Below are positions 10,386 to 21,857 of a stretch of DNA of 64,000 nucleotides, one piece after another (within the stretch, counting starts at the first letter, position 1; each line of letters starts with the position of its first letter). The notes below the pieces were generated by a model that was not told the DNA's origin, searched no databases, and saw only the letters and a program-made list of their open reading frames with translations. Origin of the DNA: an uncultured Chloroflexia bacterium (GTDB lineage: Bacteria; Chloroflexota; Limnocylindria; Limnocylindrales; CSP1-4); assembly GCA_963746845.1 (NCBI GenBank), contig CAVVCZ010000006.1, forward strand, positions 1-64,000, read 5' to 3'. Position numbers and translations under genes: made by a program.

Positions 10386-11083
10386 TGCAGCATTTTAAGT
10401 GCCGCATCGGCGCTCTTTTTGATCTGCCCATTGCCGTTCCGGCTCGCTTCGTTCAACGCCCGCATAAATTCTTCATCCGGCGACCCTAGACTAGCCAGGG
10501 TTACGGCGACTACGTTCTTCACGCGGTCATCTGCATCATGCAAATAAGTAGCTAGAAGCTTTTGCCGGACGGCGGCATCGACATCGGTTCTCACTTTCAG
10601 ACTGGTAGCGGCGGCAACGCGCACTGTCGGTTCTTCGTCGTCCAACGCCTTCAACATTGCTCGCCGGCTCTCAGCGTCGTGCAAAGCTAAGTCGCGCAGG
10701 CAGTAGAGCGCCATGCGTTTCTGATTGGCGCTGCCAGTCACGCACAGTTCTACCAGCAGCGGGACCACGGCGCCTTCCTGCTGGGCGATGCGCACGAGCA
10801 GCAGGCCGTTGGCCCAGCGAATATCCGGTTCGCGGTGATCGAGGGCGTCGAGCAGCGTGCGAATCACAACTCCCGAAGGCTGGGCTTGATGGCCGAGAAT
10901 GTAAGCGACCGGCCAATAGTTTCTGTGATCCGCTTCGCTGAGGCGATTATGGAGGGCTTGTCTTAGAGTTTCGGAAGTCTCGGCCAATGCGATGAGCTTG
11001 TCGACGGCGGCGCGGATCGTTGGCTTGTCGGGATGATCGAGGGCGGCGATGAGATCGGTAATCTCGCGTGGCTCGGTTGCCAT
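10379..11083 (-). CDS. HEAT-repeat protein
   Basis: Repeated helical motifs LIAALDHPDKPTIRAA, LLDALDHREPDIRWA, LKALDDEEPTVRVAAA. Confidence 0.8.
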   Translation of the reverse strand: MATEPREITDLIAALDHPDKPTIRAAVDKLIALAETSETLRQALHNRLSEADHRNYWPVAYILGHQAQPSGVVIRTLLDALDHREPDIRWANGLLLVRIAQQEGAVVPLLVELCVTGSANQKRMALYCLRDLALHDAESRRAMLKALDDEEPTVRVAAATSLKVRTDVDAAVRQKLLATYLHDADDRVKNVVAVTLASLGSPDEEFMRALNEASRNGNGQIKKSADAALKMLQK

Positions 11084-11114
11084 GGGCGAACTCCAACGCG
11101 AAAGGTTAGCCGAT

Positions 11115-12309
11115 TTAGATTTCTAAAAACTGCGGGCAGTCGGTCAAGTTGCGGTTGCCTTTGGGCTTGACCACGACGACATCTTCCAATCTGACGCCGC
11201 CGACGCCGATGTAATAGAGTCCCGGTTCCACGGTGACCACATGGCCGGTGCGCAAGATCGCGTCGACGGGTGCGATGCGCGGCGGCTCGTGAATGTCCAA
11301 ACCCAAGCCATGGCCGGTGCCGTGGAAGAAGCCCTGCATGCGGCCGTTGATTTTCCCGGTCGGGAAGCCGCGGGCGGCGAACATGTTCAAAATATTCTGG
11401 TGTACTTCTTTGCCGTTGACGCCGTCGCGGATCTGCTCGTAGCCGATCTGCTGGCCGGCTTGCACCGTGGCGTAGATCTCTTTTAATTTGTCCGACGCTC
11501 GGCCGCGCACCACGGTGCGGCTCAAATCGCCGAAATAACCATTGTGCTGCGAGCGCGGAAAGATATCGAAGATGATCGAGGTGTTCGCTTTGACCGGCCC
11601 GGTGCCTTCATGGTGCGGATCGACGCATTGGTTGCCGGATGAAATGATCGTGTGGCTCGGCAGCCAGCCTTGCGCCATGATCGTCGTGTTGACCGCGGTC
11701 TTGAGCATTTCCGAAGTCAGCCTGGTGCCGTTGAGATAGAGATAGCCGTCGCGCTTGGTCGTGGTCCGTTTGAGCATGCGGATGCCGGCTTCGAGGCCGA
11801 GGCGGGCGATGCGCAGGGATTCGGTGATCTGTTTCACTTCGAGATTATTCTTGGTCTCGCGCTGGGGCCAGAAGGGGTCGCGCTTGATTTGCACGCTGTA
11901 GCCCTTGGCGCGCAGCTGGTCCAACAGGAGCGCGGAGAAATTCGCCGGCACGATCAGCGAGCGAATGGCGCGCTCGCGAAATATCAAGTCGACGATGTCG
12001 ATGACCGCCGCCGGCGATTTGCCGAGCTTGCGCAGCTTCTTCTGATACAGGGACAAAGACAGAGTCCGGTCGGCATGGGCTTGCTTCTTGGCGCGGTCGA
12101 TCTCCAGATCGCTCATGACGATGTGGCTGATGGTTTTTGTGCTGAAAAAAAATAAACGGATCGGGCACGAAGAAGCCGGTGGCGTAAAGCATGTTGGCGT
12201 CGCCTTCGCTGGCGGCGTAAAGCAGGATCGCCTGATTCGGTTTGAGTTGGATCGATTGCGGCGCCGAGCCGCTCGATAGGTTTTTTGCTTTTGTCTTGGC
12301 TTCGAACAT
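11115..12309 (-). CDS. Xaa-Pro aminopeptidase (M24) family; frameshift at poly-A ~12145
   Basis: DIFPRS, GYFGDLSRT, HGTGHGLGLDIHE, TVEPGLY, GVRLED. Confidence 0.9.
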
Positions 12310-12420
12310 GATTACTTGATCGCCTCGATTCGCGTTGGTTATGGTTTTCTAGCAGCTCGATCAAGTTAACAAGTTGGCTCTGGAACTGCAAGATTTTCCT
12401 CGTGATTTCGCGCGATTCAG

Positions 12421-12448
12421 TTGACAGTCGAGAGGCTTTTGTTATGAT
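12421..12448 (+). promoter_or_regulatory. sigma70 promoter of carboxylase operon
   Basis: TTGACA-16 nt-TATGAT with extended -10 TG. Confidence 0.65.
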
Positions 12449-12502
12449 GCCGCCACTCGCTGGCGAAACTATTTTGCTTTCGCGTCTAAGGAATTTCTCT
12501 CG

Positions 12503-14053
12503 ATGACGATCGCTAACAATCTCGACAAACTTCGTGAACTCAACGACAACGCCGAAGCTGGCGGTGGCGCCGACCGCGCGCGCCGGCAGCATGAACAGGG
12601 TAAACTTCTGGCGCGTGAGCGTCTCGACATTCTGCTCGACAGCGGCAGTTTCGTCGAGATCGACCGCCTGCGCACGCACCACAGCACCGACTTCGGCCTC
12701 GATAAGCAGAAATTTTTAGGCGACGCGGTGGTCACCGGCTACGGCGCTATCGATGGCCGGCTCGTCTATGTCTACTCCCAGGACTTCACGGTTTTTGGCG
12801 GCAGCCTGAGCCGTGTGGTCGCCGACAAGATCTGCAAAGTCATGGACATGGCGATCAAGAACGGCGCGCCGCTGATCGGCATCAACGACTCCGGCGGCGC
12901 GCGCATTCAAGAAGGCGTCGACAGCCTCGCCGGCTACGGCGATATCTTTCAACGCAACGTGATGGCGTCCGGTGTGGTGCCGCAGATTACCGCGATCATG
13001 GGTCCGTGCGCCGGCGGCGCGGTCTATTCGCCGGCGATCACCGACTTCATCTTCATGGTCAAAACCAACAGCTACATGTTCATCACCGGTCCGGACGTGA
13101 TCAAGACGGTGACCCATGAAGAGGTGACTAAAGAAGACTTGGGCGGCGCGGAGACGCATACGGGCAAGAGCGGCGTGGCGCATTTTACCGCCAATACCGA
13201 AAAAGACTGCTTGCTGATGATTCGCGAGCTGGTCAGTTTTCTACCCAGCAACAATCAGGAAGATCCGCCGTTTCGGCCGACCCATGACGATCCGCTGCGG
13301 CGCGACAAGCGGCTCAAAGATATCATCCCTGATAATCCAAACCGCCCCTACGACATGAAAGAGTTGATCGGCGCGGTGGTGGATGAAGGTTACTTCTACG
13401 AAGTCCAACCGGAGTTCGCGCGCAATATTCTTATCGGCTTCGCTCATATCGGCGGCCGCTCGATCGGCATCGTCGCCAACCAGCCGAATCACTTGGCCGG
13501 CTGTCTCGACATCAATGCCTCGGTGAAGGCGGCGCGCTTTATCCGTTTCTGCGACTGTTTCAATATTCCCATCGTGACGTTTGTCGATGTGCCGGGTTTC
13601 TTGCCCGGCACCGAGCAGGAATATCATGGCATCATTCGCCATGGCGCGAAGTTGCTTTACGCTTATGCCGAAGCGACGGTGCCGAAAGTCACCATCGTCA
13701 CGCGCAAGGCTTACGGCGGCGGCTACATCGTCATGGCGAGCAAGCATCTGCGCGGCGATGTTAACTTGGTCTATCCCACCGGCGAGATCGCCGTCATGGG
13801 GCCGGAAGGGGCGATCAACATCGTCTTCCGCGGTGAATTGGAGAAGTCGGCCGACCCGGCCAAGGCCCGCGACGAGCTGGTCAACCATTATCGCGAGACC
13901 TTCGCCAATCCATTCAAAGCCGCCGAGTCAGGCTATGTCGACGGCATCGTCTATCCCGAGGACACCCGGCCGACCTTGATCCGCGCCTTGGAAATGCTCA
14001 AGAACAAGCAAGATCACAATCCCCCCAAGAAGCATGGGAATATTCCACTCTAA
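12503..14053 (+). CDS. pccB: acyl-CoA (propionyl-CoA-type) carboxylase carboxyltransferase subunit
   Basis: [49 protein letters not shown]. Confidence 0.93.
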   Translation: MTIANNLDKLRELNDNAEAGGGADRARRQHEQGKLLARERLDILLDSGSFVEIDRLRTHHSTDFGLDKQKFLGDAVVTGYGAIDGRLVYVYSQDFTVFGGSLSRVVADKICKVMDMAIKNGAPLIGINDSGGARIQEGVDSLAGYGDIFQRNVMASGVVPQITAIMGPCAGGAVYSPAITDFIFMVKTNSYMFITGPDVIKTVTHEEVTKEDLGGAETHTGKSGVAHFTANTEKDCLLMIRELVSFLPSNNQEDPPFRPTHDDPLRRDKRLKDIIPDNPNRPYDMKELIGAVVDEGYFYEVQPEFARNILIGFAHIGGRSIGIVANQPNHLAGCLDINASVKAARFIRFCDCFNIPIVTFVDVPGFLPGTEQEYHGIIRHGAKLLYAYAEATVPKVTIVTRKAYGGGYIVMASKHLRGDVNLVYPTGEIAVMGPEGAINIVFRGELEKSADPAKARDELVNHYRETFANPFKAAESGYVDGIVYPEDTRPTLIRALEMLKNKQDHNPPKKHGNIPL

Positions 14054-14058
14054 GATGA

Positions 14059-14168
14059 GACGGGAGACAGAGATTAGAGACAGAGACCGGACTGTAGCGG
14101 TCCATGATCTCGATTCTCTGGCTTTATTCCTGATCTCGACTCTCTGTCTCAAATCTCTGTCTGCCGTC
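14059..14168. repeat. 28-bp inverted repeat built from gagacaga-type units
   Basis: gacgggagacagagattagagacagaga (14059-86) vs tctctgtctcaaatctctgtctgccgtc (14141-68), 26/28 complementary. Confidence 0.85.
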
Positions 14169-14169
14169 C

Positions 14170-15702
14170 ATGTTTAAGCGAATCCTCATCGCCAATCGCG
14201 GCGAGATCGCCGTGCGCATTGCGCGCGCTTGCCGCGAGCTCGATATCGAATCGATCGCGGTCTATTCGGAAGCCGACCGCGAGTCGCTGCATGTCAAATA
14301 CGCCGATTACGCTTACGCGATCGGCCCGGCACCGTCTGCGCAGAGTTATCTGGTCATCGACCGTATTATCGACGTCTGCAAGAAAAGCGGCGCCGAGGCG
14401 GTCCATCCGGGTTACGGTTTCTTGGCGGAGAACGCCAAGTTCGCCCAACGCTGCAAGGATGAAGGCATCGTCTTCATCGGCCCGTCGCCGGAAGTCATCG
14501 ATCAGATGGGCGACAAAGTTAAAGCGCGCCAGATCATGAAAAATGCCGGCGTGCCGGTGGTGCCGGGTTCCGACGGCATTCTCACTTCCGAAGAGGAAGT
14601 GCTCCAGACCATGGAAGCGATCGGCTATCCGTGCATGTTGAAGGCGGTGGCCGGCGGCGGCGGCAAAGGGCTACGGCTCGTGCGCTCACGGCGCGAAGTG
14701 TCGTCGGCCTATCGCGCCGTCGGTTCGGAAGCCAAGTCGTCCTTCGGCGATCCGCGGCTGTACGTCGAAAAGTTCATCGTCAAACCGCGTCATGTGGAGA
14801 TTCAGATCCTCGCCGATAGTTACGGCCGGGTCATTCATCTCTACGACCGCGAGTGTTCGATCCAGCGGCGCCATCAGAAAGTTATCGAAGAGTCGCCGGC
14901 TCCAGGACTGGAAGACCGCACGCGCCGGCGCATCGGCCGGATCGCCATTCAAGGCGCCCGTGCCGTCGGCTACGTCGGCGCCGGGACGTTGGAGTTTTTG
15001 CTCGACAGCGAGCAGAATTTTTATTTCTTGGAAATGAACACCCGCCTGCAAGTCGAGCATGCGGTGACCGAGCGGGTGGTCGGCATCGATCTGGTCAAGG
15101 CGCAGATCGAAATCGCCGCGGGCGGTTATCTGCCATGGCGCCAACGCCATATTACCCAGACCGGCCACGCCATCGAATGCCGGATTTACGCCGAAGATCC
15201 CGAGCATGACTTCATGCCTTGCCCCGGCCGGATCGAAGGCTTGCGTCTGCCCGAAGGGCTGGGCTTGAGAAACGATAACGGCGTCTACGAAGGCGCCGAA
15301 GTGCCGATCTATTACGATCCGATGATCGCCAAGTTGATCACCTGGGGTGAGAATCGCATCGAGGCGATCCTGCGCATGCGCCGGGCGCTGCGCGAGTACC
15401 AGGTGCGCGGCATCAAGACCAATATTTCGTTTCACCAATGGATCTTGCGCCATCCCCGGTTCATGTCCGGCGACGTCAATACCGGGTTTATCGACGAAGA
15501 ATATAGTCCCAAGGCCAACGAAGAAGTCTATCCGCACAAGGAGATCGCGCTCGCCTCGGCGGCCATCGCGGCGCTGCACGGCGAACATGAACGGACCATC
15601 GGCTTGCTTGCCAAGGGCGCGGCCGAGCCGTCCAAGTGGCGCCAGCAGCGCGCGTCATTGCGCCGGTCGGCGGCGCCCGGCAACCGCGGTTGGCGCCGTT
15701 AG
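14170..15702 (+). CDS. accC: biotin carboxylase subunit
   Basis: ILIANRGEIA, HPGYGFLAEN, GGGGKG, RECSIQRRHQK, EMNTRLQVEH. Confidence 0.93.
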   Translation: MFKRILIANRGEIAVRIARACRELDIESIAVYSEADRESLHVKYADYAYAIGPAPSAQSYLVIDRIIDVCKKSGAEAVHPGYGFLAENAKFAQRCKDEGIVFIGPSPEVIDQMGDKVKARQIMKNAGVPVVPGSDGILTSEEEVLQTMEAIGYPCMLKAVAGGGGKGLRLVRSRREVSSAYRAVGSEAKSSFGDPRLYVEKFIVKPRHVEIQILADSYGRVIHLYDRECSIQRRHQKVIEESPAPGLEDRTRRRIGRIAIQGARAVGYVGAGTLEFLLDSEQNFYFLEMNTRLQVEHAVTERVVGIDLVKAQIEIAAGGYLPWRQRHITQTGHAIECRIYAEDPEHDFMPCPGRIEGLRLPEGLGLRNDNGVYEGAEVPIYYDPMIAKLITWGENRIEAILRMRRALREYQVRGIKTNISFHQWILRHPRFMSGDVNTGFIDEEYSPKANEEVYPHKEIALASAAIAALHGEHERTIGLLAKGAAEPSKWRQQRASLRRSAAPGNRGWRR

Positions 15703-15713
15703 AGGATATCCCC

Positions 15714-16217
15714 ATGGCGTTTATCGGTAAGCTTGGCGATCAAACCTTCACCGTGGACATCGAGGAAACTGGTAAATCGGTTTACCGGGTCTCGGTGGAC
15801 GGCAATGAATTTATCGTCGACGGCAAGAAGACCGGCCGGACCAACTATTCGCTGATCGTCGACAATCGTTCCTTCGAGATCGAAGTCGACAACACCGACG
15901 ATGACTACCGGGTGCTGGTCGATGGGCGCAATTACCACATCAATCTGGTCGATGAGCGGCGTGTGCGCGTCGGCGGCGCCCAGGCCGGCCTCGAACTCCA
16001 GGGACGCCAGAAGGTCACTGTACCGATGCCGGGGAAAATCATCGCTGTCCTGGTTTCCGAGGGCGACCAGGTCGAAAAGGGCCAGGGACTGGTGATCGTC
16101 GAAGCGATGAAGATGGAAAACGAAGTGCATAGCCCCATCGCCGGCGAAGTCAAAGAGATCAAAGTGAAGCCGGGCGATACCGTCGAGGGCGGCGCCCTGC
16201 TGTTGATCGTCGAGTAA
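15714..16217 (+). CDS. biotin carboxyl carrier protein
   Basis: PMPGKI and EAMKMENE biotinylation motif. Confidence 0.92.
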   Translation: MAFIGKLGDQTFTVDIEETGKSVYRVSVDGNEFIVDGKKTGRTNYSLIVDNRSFEIEVDNTDDDYRVLVDGRNYHINLVDERRVRVGGAQAGLELQGRQKVTVPMPGKIIAVLVSEGDQVEKGQGLVIVEAMKMENEVHSPIAGEVKEIKVKPGDTVEGGALLLIVE

Positions 16218-16250
16218 GCAGGATTTAACCAAGATTTTTTCACATGATTA

Positions 16251-16279
16251 TTGTCAGCTTATTTCTTTCATGTTATAGC
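16251..16279 (+). promoter_or_regulatory. sigma70 promoter immediately upstream of pdaD
   Basis: TTGTCA-17 nt-TATAGC with TG extension; ATG only 8 nt downstream. Confidence 0.55.
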
Positions 16280-16287
16280 AGCGCTCC

Positions 16288-16839
16288 ATGATCCCGAAGA
16301 AATGTTTTTTTACCAAAGGTGTCGGCGTCCACAAGGAAAAGTTGGCGTCCTTCGAGCTCGCCTTGCGGCAAGCGGGTCTGGCCTACTGTAATCTGGTGTT
16401 GGTGTCGAGCATCTTCCCGCCTTATTGCAAGCGACTTTCCAAGGAAGAGGGCGCCAAACTACTGCGTCCCGGGGAGGTCGTGTTCAGCGTCTACGACCGT
16501 GAGAGCACCAACGAGCCCAACCGGTTGGTGGCGGCCTCCGTGGGTGTGGCGATTCCATCGGATGAGAGCCAATACGGCTATCTGTCGGAGCATCACTCCT
16601 TCGGCGAGACCGACGAAAAGGCCGGCGACTACGCCGAGGATCTCGCCGCCAGCATGTTGGCTACCACTCTAGGCATCGAGTTCAATCCCGACACCGCCTG
16701 GGACGAGCGCGAGCAGCTATTCAAAATGTCCGAGAAAATTGTCCGTACTTCCAACATCACCCAGTCCGCCATCGGCAACAAAGACGGCCTGTGGACCACG
16801 GTGTTTGCCGCTTGCGCGTTCATCAACGACGATAACTAA
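16288..16839 (+). CDS. pdaD: pyruvoyl-dependent arginine decarboxylase
   Basis: [18 protein letters not shown] self-cleavage Ser-Ser, YGYLSEHH. Confidence 0.9.
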   Translation: MIPKKCFFTKGVGVHKEKLASFELALRQAGLAYCNLVLVSSIFPPYCKRLSKEEGAKLLRPGEVVFSVYDRESTNEPNRLVAASVGVAIPSDESQYGYLSEHHSFGETDEKAGDYAEDLAASMLATTLGIEFNPDTAWDEREQLFKMSEKIVRTSNITQSAIGNKDGLWTTVFAACAFINDDN

Positions 16840-16856
16840 GGGTTCACTCGAATTCT

Positions 16857-16894
16857 AAAAAAGGGGCGTTGGCTTTGGCTGACGCCCCTTTTTT
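16857..16894. terminator. bidirectional intrinsic terminator
   Basis: aaaaaaggggcgtt...gacgcccctttttt between convergent pdaD and tatC. Confidence 0.88.
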
Positions 16895-17666
16895 ATTCGG
16901 CGGCCCGGTCTAACCGGTTCATCCGGAAGCGCGCCAGGTAGGCGACGGCGATGCTGAGGCCATAGAGCAATAGCAGCGGCACCATCAGCAAGATTTGCGA
17001 GATCAAATCGGGCGGCGTCAGGATCGCCGCCAAAAGCGCGATGGCGATCAGAGCGTAGCGGCTGTGGCGGATCAAAAAGCGATGGTCGATCAGGCCCACC
17101 CGGGCGGTGAAAAACGCGATCACCGGCAGCTCGAACATGGCGCCGGAAGCTAAAACCATGCGTGAGATTGTCGACAGGTAGTCGCCGACTTGGAGCATCG
17201 GTGTAACGCCGATGACCTCGTAGCGATGCAGCAAAAAACTCAGTCCATGTTGCACCACGATGGCATAACTGAAAGCCGCTCCGAGGCAAAAGCACAGCGA
17301 ACCGGCGAAGACGAAGCTGCGCGTATAGCGCTTCTCATGTTCGTAGAGTCCGGGCGCGACGAATTGCCAGCCCTGCCACAAGAGCACCGGCAGAGCGACA
17401 ACCACCGCGGCGGCGAAGCCGAGTTTCATCTTGGTAAAGAACGCTTCGGTAACGCCGGTGCCGATGAGTATCAGCCCCGGGATATTGAGACGGCGCACTG
17501 GCGCGGCGAGAATCGCGAATATCGTGTCGACGTAATAGAAGCAGGCGAAGAACGCGACGGCGACGGCGAGCACTGATTTGACCAGCCGCGAGCGCAACTC
17601 CCCCAGGTGGGAGGTAAAGGGCATTTGGACATCGGCATGCTGCCCGTTGCCGTCTGGCGTGGTCAC
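16893..17666 (-). CDS. tatC: twin-arginine translocase TatC
   Basis: [38 protein letters not shown]. Confidence 0.95.
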   Translation of the reverse strand: MTTPDGNGQHADVQMPFTSHLGELRSRLVKSVLAVAVAFFACFYYVDTIFAILAAPVRRLNIPGLILIGTGVTEAFFTKMKLGFAAAVVVALPVLLWQGWQFVAPGLYEHEKRYTRSFVFAGSLCFCLGAAFSYAIVVQHGLSFLLHRYEVIGVTPMLQVGDYLSTISRMVLASGAMFELPVIAFFTARVGLIDHRFLIRHSRYALIAIALLAAILTPPDLISQILLMVPLLLLYGLSIAVAYLARFRMNRLDRAAE

Positions 17667-17941
17667 TTTTTTTCTGCGGCGTTGGGAAGGGGATCGGCTA
17701 CCGGAGGTTCGGCGGCTTGCGCGGGTTGGGGATCGACTGTTAGCGGTTCGGCCGGCGGTGGCGGCTCGTCAAGATCGGCCTCCACTTTGCGAAACTCATC
17801 TTTGAGCTCATCGGTGGCGCGGCGAAACTCGGCCAGTCCTTTGCCTAGGGTTTTGGCCAGTTCGGGTAGTTTCTTGGGTCCAAGGACAATCAAGGCCAAT
17901 CCCAAGATCATCAGTAATTCCGGCATGCCGATACCAAACAT
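17663..17941 (-). CDS. tatA: twin-arginine translocase TatA/TatB
   Basis: [27 protein letters not shown]. Confidence 0.9.
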   Translation of the reverse strand: MFGIGMPELLMILGLALIVLGPKKLPELAKTLGKGLAEFRRATDELKDEFRKVEADLDEPPPPAEPLTVDPQPAQAAEPPVADPLPNAAEKK

Positions 17942-18290
17942 ACAGTTAAACTAAGCGATTTCACTTGGCTCCGCAAGATTGCGCGATGGATAACGTTTGC
18001 TTGGCCCTGGTTGCGCGGAGCGAGACGAGATTTCTCGCTGCGCTCGAAATCACAGCTGAATAGCGCCGCAGCCAAGCAATCTAAGAAGATTCGGAATCGG
18101 AAGATTAGCGGAAACAACGCAAATCAAAATCGCCAAAGGAGGGCAGGATTGGAAACCCGCCCGCTTGGATCATCACCGTAAGTAAAATACTAAGAACGTT
18201 GTCATCCCGAGTGCAGCGAGGGAGCTCGACCGAATCGAATCGCGGCGAAATCGCTTTGCAGCGCCTGGGCGTCGGTGTTAGGTTCTTTCT

Positions 18291-19320
18291 ATGGCGAAGA
18301 CGGCGGTCGTAGTCGATAAAGAATATTTGAAACACCAGCCCGGCGAGTCTCATCCGGAGCGGCCCGAGCGCGTCAAAGTGTTGCTCGACTTGGCCAGTGA
18401 ACTTGACACGGCGAAGTTTCAATTGCTGCCGCCCCAACCGGCGCAAGCGCAGCGATATCGCAGCGACCCATGGCGAAGAACACATCAAACTTATCGAAGC
18501 GACGGCGCAGCATAACCGCTACGCCTTGGACGGCGACACGATCACTTGCCGCGATTCGTTTGCGGTCAGTTTATTGGCGGTGGGCGGGTTCATCGGTCTG
18601 CTCGATGCGGTCGCTGCTAAAGATTGCCGCAACGGTTTCGCTCTGGTGCGGCCACCGGGCCATCATGCCCTGCGCAACCGCGCCATGGGGTTTTGTCTTT
18701 TCAACACCATGGCGATCGGCGCCGAGTATTTGCAGCGCACGCACGGCGCCAAGAAAATTCTCATCATGGATTGGGACGTGCACCATGGCAACGGCACTCA
18801 GGATGCTTTTTACGCCGATCCTTCGGTGCTGTTCATTTCGACCCATCAGTATCCCTATTACCCCGGCAGCGGTGCCGCCAACGAAGTTGGCAGCGGCGTG
18901 GGTGAAGGTTTCACCATCAATATCCCTCTGCCCGCCGGCTGTGCCGACGCCGAGTACGCTCAGGTATTTCACGATATCGTCGTGCCGGCGGCGGAAAAAT
19001 TCGCCCCCGATTGGATTTTGGTGTCCGCCGGTTTCGACCCGCACCGGCGCGATCCGCTCGGCGGCATGGGAGTGAGCGACCAAGGCTTTGCGCTCATGGC
19101 GAGCCGGTTACTCGGACTCGCAGATAAATTCGCCGATGCCAAGATCGCCTTTCTGCTCGAAGGCGGTTACGATCTTGCGGGATTGCGCGGGTCAGTGGCA
19201 GCGGTGCTCGATACCATGCAATCGGGCGTCGCCCCGACGATCGAGGCGCCCAAGTTGAGTGACAGCCGCATCGCCCCACTAGTTCGCCATATTCAACAGC
19301 TTCATGAACAATATCAGTAA
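18291..19320 (+). CDS. histone deacetylase-family amidohydrolase (frameshift ~18435)
   Basis: HPERPER, RPPGHHA, GFCLFN, DWDVHHGNGTQ, SAGFD, LEGGY. Confidence 0.92.
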
Positions 19321-19333
19321 CTTGAATTTCCTA

Positions 19334-19362
19334 TTGATTCACCGGCGAGTCTCCATTATCTT
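19334..19362 (+). promoter_or_regulatory. putative sigma70 promoter for fabF-fabH
   Basis: TTGATT-17 nt-TATCTT. Confidence 0.5.
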
Positions 19363-19397
19363 AAAGTTCCAAATTCATTAAAGATTGGTTAAGTATT

Positions 19398-20649
19398 GTG
19401 AACACAACTGAAGCACGCAGAGTTGTCGTGACGGGTATTGGTCTGGTCACGCCACTGGGCACCGGAGTCGAAAAAAATTGGGACGCATTGATGGCCGGGC
19501 GCTCGGGCATCCGCAAGATCAGCCGCTTTAACGCCGACGCGTTTCGCCTCGCGTATCGCCGGCGAAGTGCCCGACTTCAATGCCGAAGATTATATCGAAG
19601 CGAAAGAGATCAAAAAAATGGATCTCTTCATTCACTACGCCATGGGCGCCACGGCCCAGGCCATGGCCGACAGCGGTCTCAAGATCGAAGGCGAATTCGC
19701 CGAGAACGTCGGCGTCATCATCGGCGTCGGCATGAACGGCCTCGATACCCTCGAAACCACCAAAGAAGCGCTGATGGCCGGCGGGCCGCGCAAGATCTCG
19801 CCATTTTTCATTCCCAAAGTCATTTCCAATCTAGCGCCCGGCCATGTGGCGATTCGTTACGGCGCCAAGGGCATTAATTTTACGCCGACATCGGCCTGTG
19901 CCTCTGGCACCCATGCGATCGGCGAGGCCTATCATATGATTCGCCGCGGCTTGCAGGATGCCGTGATCGCCGGCGGCGCCGAGGCGGCGATCACGCCGCT
20001 GGGGGTGGGCGGTTTCGCCGCGATGAAAGCGTTGTCGACGCGCAACGACGAGCCCGAGCGCGCCAGCCGGCCCTTCGACAAAGATCGCGACGGTTTCGTC
20101 ATCGGCGAGGGCTCCGGCATTTTGATTCTCGAAGAACGCGAGCATGCGCTCGAACGCGGCGCCAAAATCTACGCCGAAGTGATCGGCTACGCCGCCAACG
20201 GCGATGCCTATCACATGACCGCGCCGGCGCCCGACGGCGAAGGGGCGGCGCGCTGCATGCGCTTGGCCTTGAAAGACGCCGGCATCGCGCCGAGCGATGT
20301 CAGCTACATCAACGCCCATGGCACGTCGACGGAGTATAACGACGCCAATGAAACCACGGCGATTAAAACTGTTTTTGGCGAAGCGGCGGCCAAGCTGGCG
20401 GTGAGCTCGACCAAATCGATGACCGGACATTTACTCGGTGCCGCCGGCGCGGTGGAAGGTGTCTATTCGGCGCTGACGCTGCATCACGGCATACTGCCGC
20501 CGACGATCAATTATGAAAATCCCGATCCGGCTTGCGATCTCGACTACGTGCCCAATCAAGCGCGCAAAGCCGATGTCAAAGTCGTGCTTTCCAACTCCTT
20601 CGGTTTCGGCGGCACCAATGCTTGCGTGATTTTCGGGAGGTGCGCATGA
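19398..20649 (+). CDS. fabF: beta-ketoacyl-ACP synthase II (frameshift ~19545)
   Basis: [39 protein letters not shown]. Confidence 0.95.
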
Positions 20650-21639
20650 GCCGCTCCGAACGCCGCAGCGTGATTCTCGGCACCGGCTCCGAACTGCCGT
20701 CTAAAATCGTCACCAACCATGACTTGGAAAAGATGGTCGACACCAGCGACGAGTGGATCACCGTGCGCACCGGCATCAAAGAACGGCGCGTTCTCGAAGA
20801 AGGCAAGGGCAATGCCGATATGGCCTACGAAGCCGCCAAGCGCGCTCTCGATGACGCTCAGCGTCGATCCGAAAGATCTCGATGCCATCATCATGGGCAC
20901 GGTTTCCGCCGACTATCCGTTTCCCAGTTCCGCCTGCGTCCTCGAGGACAAGCTCGGCGCGCGCAATGCCTTTTCCTTTGACGTCGGCGCCGCCTGTGCG
21001 GGGTTTCTCAACGCGCTTGCGGTGGGCGATTTATTCGTTCGCAGCGGCAAGGCTAATAAAGCACTGGTGGTCGGCTCCGACGCCCTAAGCCGCATGCTCA
21101 ACTGGAAGGATCGCGGCACCTGCATACTGTTTGGCGACGCCGCCGGCGCGGTGGTGCTGGGCGCGTCCGAAAACGGTTCCGGTGTCTTGAGCACCAAGCT
21201 GCGCACCGACGGTTCCTACGTTAAGCAGCTCTACGTTCCCGCCGGCGGCTCGCTCAAGCCTCCCTGTCCGGAGACGGTGCGCAACAACGAGCACACGATC
21301 ACCATGAACGGCAAAGAGGTGTTCAAGATCGCCGTGCGTTCCATGGAAGAGATCAGCCGGCAAGCCCTCGACGAAGCCGGCGTTAGCATCGATCAGGTGG
21401 CTCTAGTCATCCCACACCAGGCCAACAAACGCATCATCGTCGCGCTGGCCGAACGGCTCGGCGTGCCAATGGACAAAGTCGTGGTCAACGTCGACAAATA
21501 CGGCAACACGTCGGCGGCATCGATCCCGGTCGCCCTCGACGAAGCCAGACGCGCCGGCCGCATCCAGCCCGGCGACATTGTCTTGTTCAATGCTTTTGGC
21601 GCCGGCTTCGCCTGGGGCGCGGCGGTGGTGAAGTTCTAA
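20646..21639 (+). CDS. fabH: beta-ketoacyl-ACP synthase III (frameshift ~20860)
   Basis: [31 protein letters not shown]. Confidence 0.95.
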
Positions 21640-21857
21640 ACTGGCGGGCTTTGCCGGTTTCGTCGGTTCGTTGGCTGATATTCGGCCTCTTGAATCGAGT
21701 GCCGGACTGAAGCGTCGAGTTTCCCTATGAGGCAGTGAAGGTGGAGTTTCTTTTGCAAGCCGCATAGTACGCGCGACAATGTCGCCGCACATATCGCTAC
21801 AGCTGACGCCGCTACGCGACGGATGATCACTTTCTTCGGAAGAATTGTTTCACGTCG

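Noticed and set aside
19398-21639. Programmed frameshifting or pseudogenisation of fabF/fabH
   Set aside because: Indels are scattered across many unrelated genes without slippery-site signatures; sequencing error is more parsimonious
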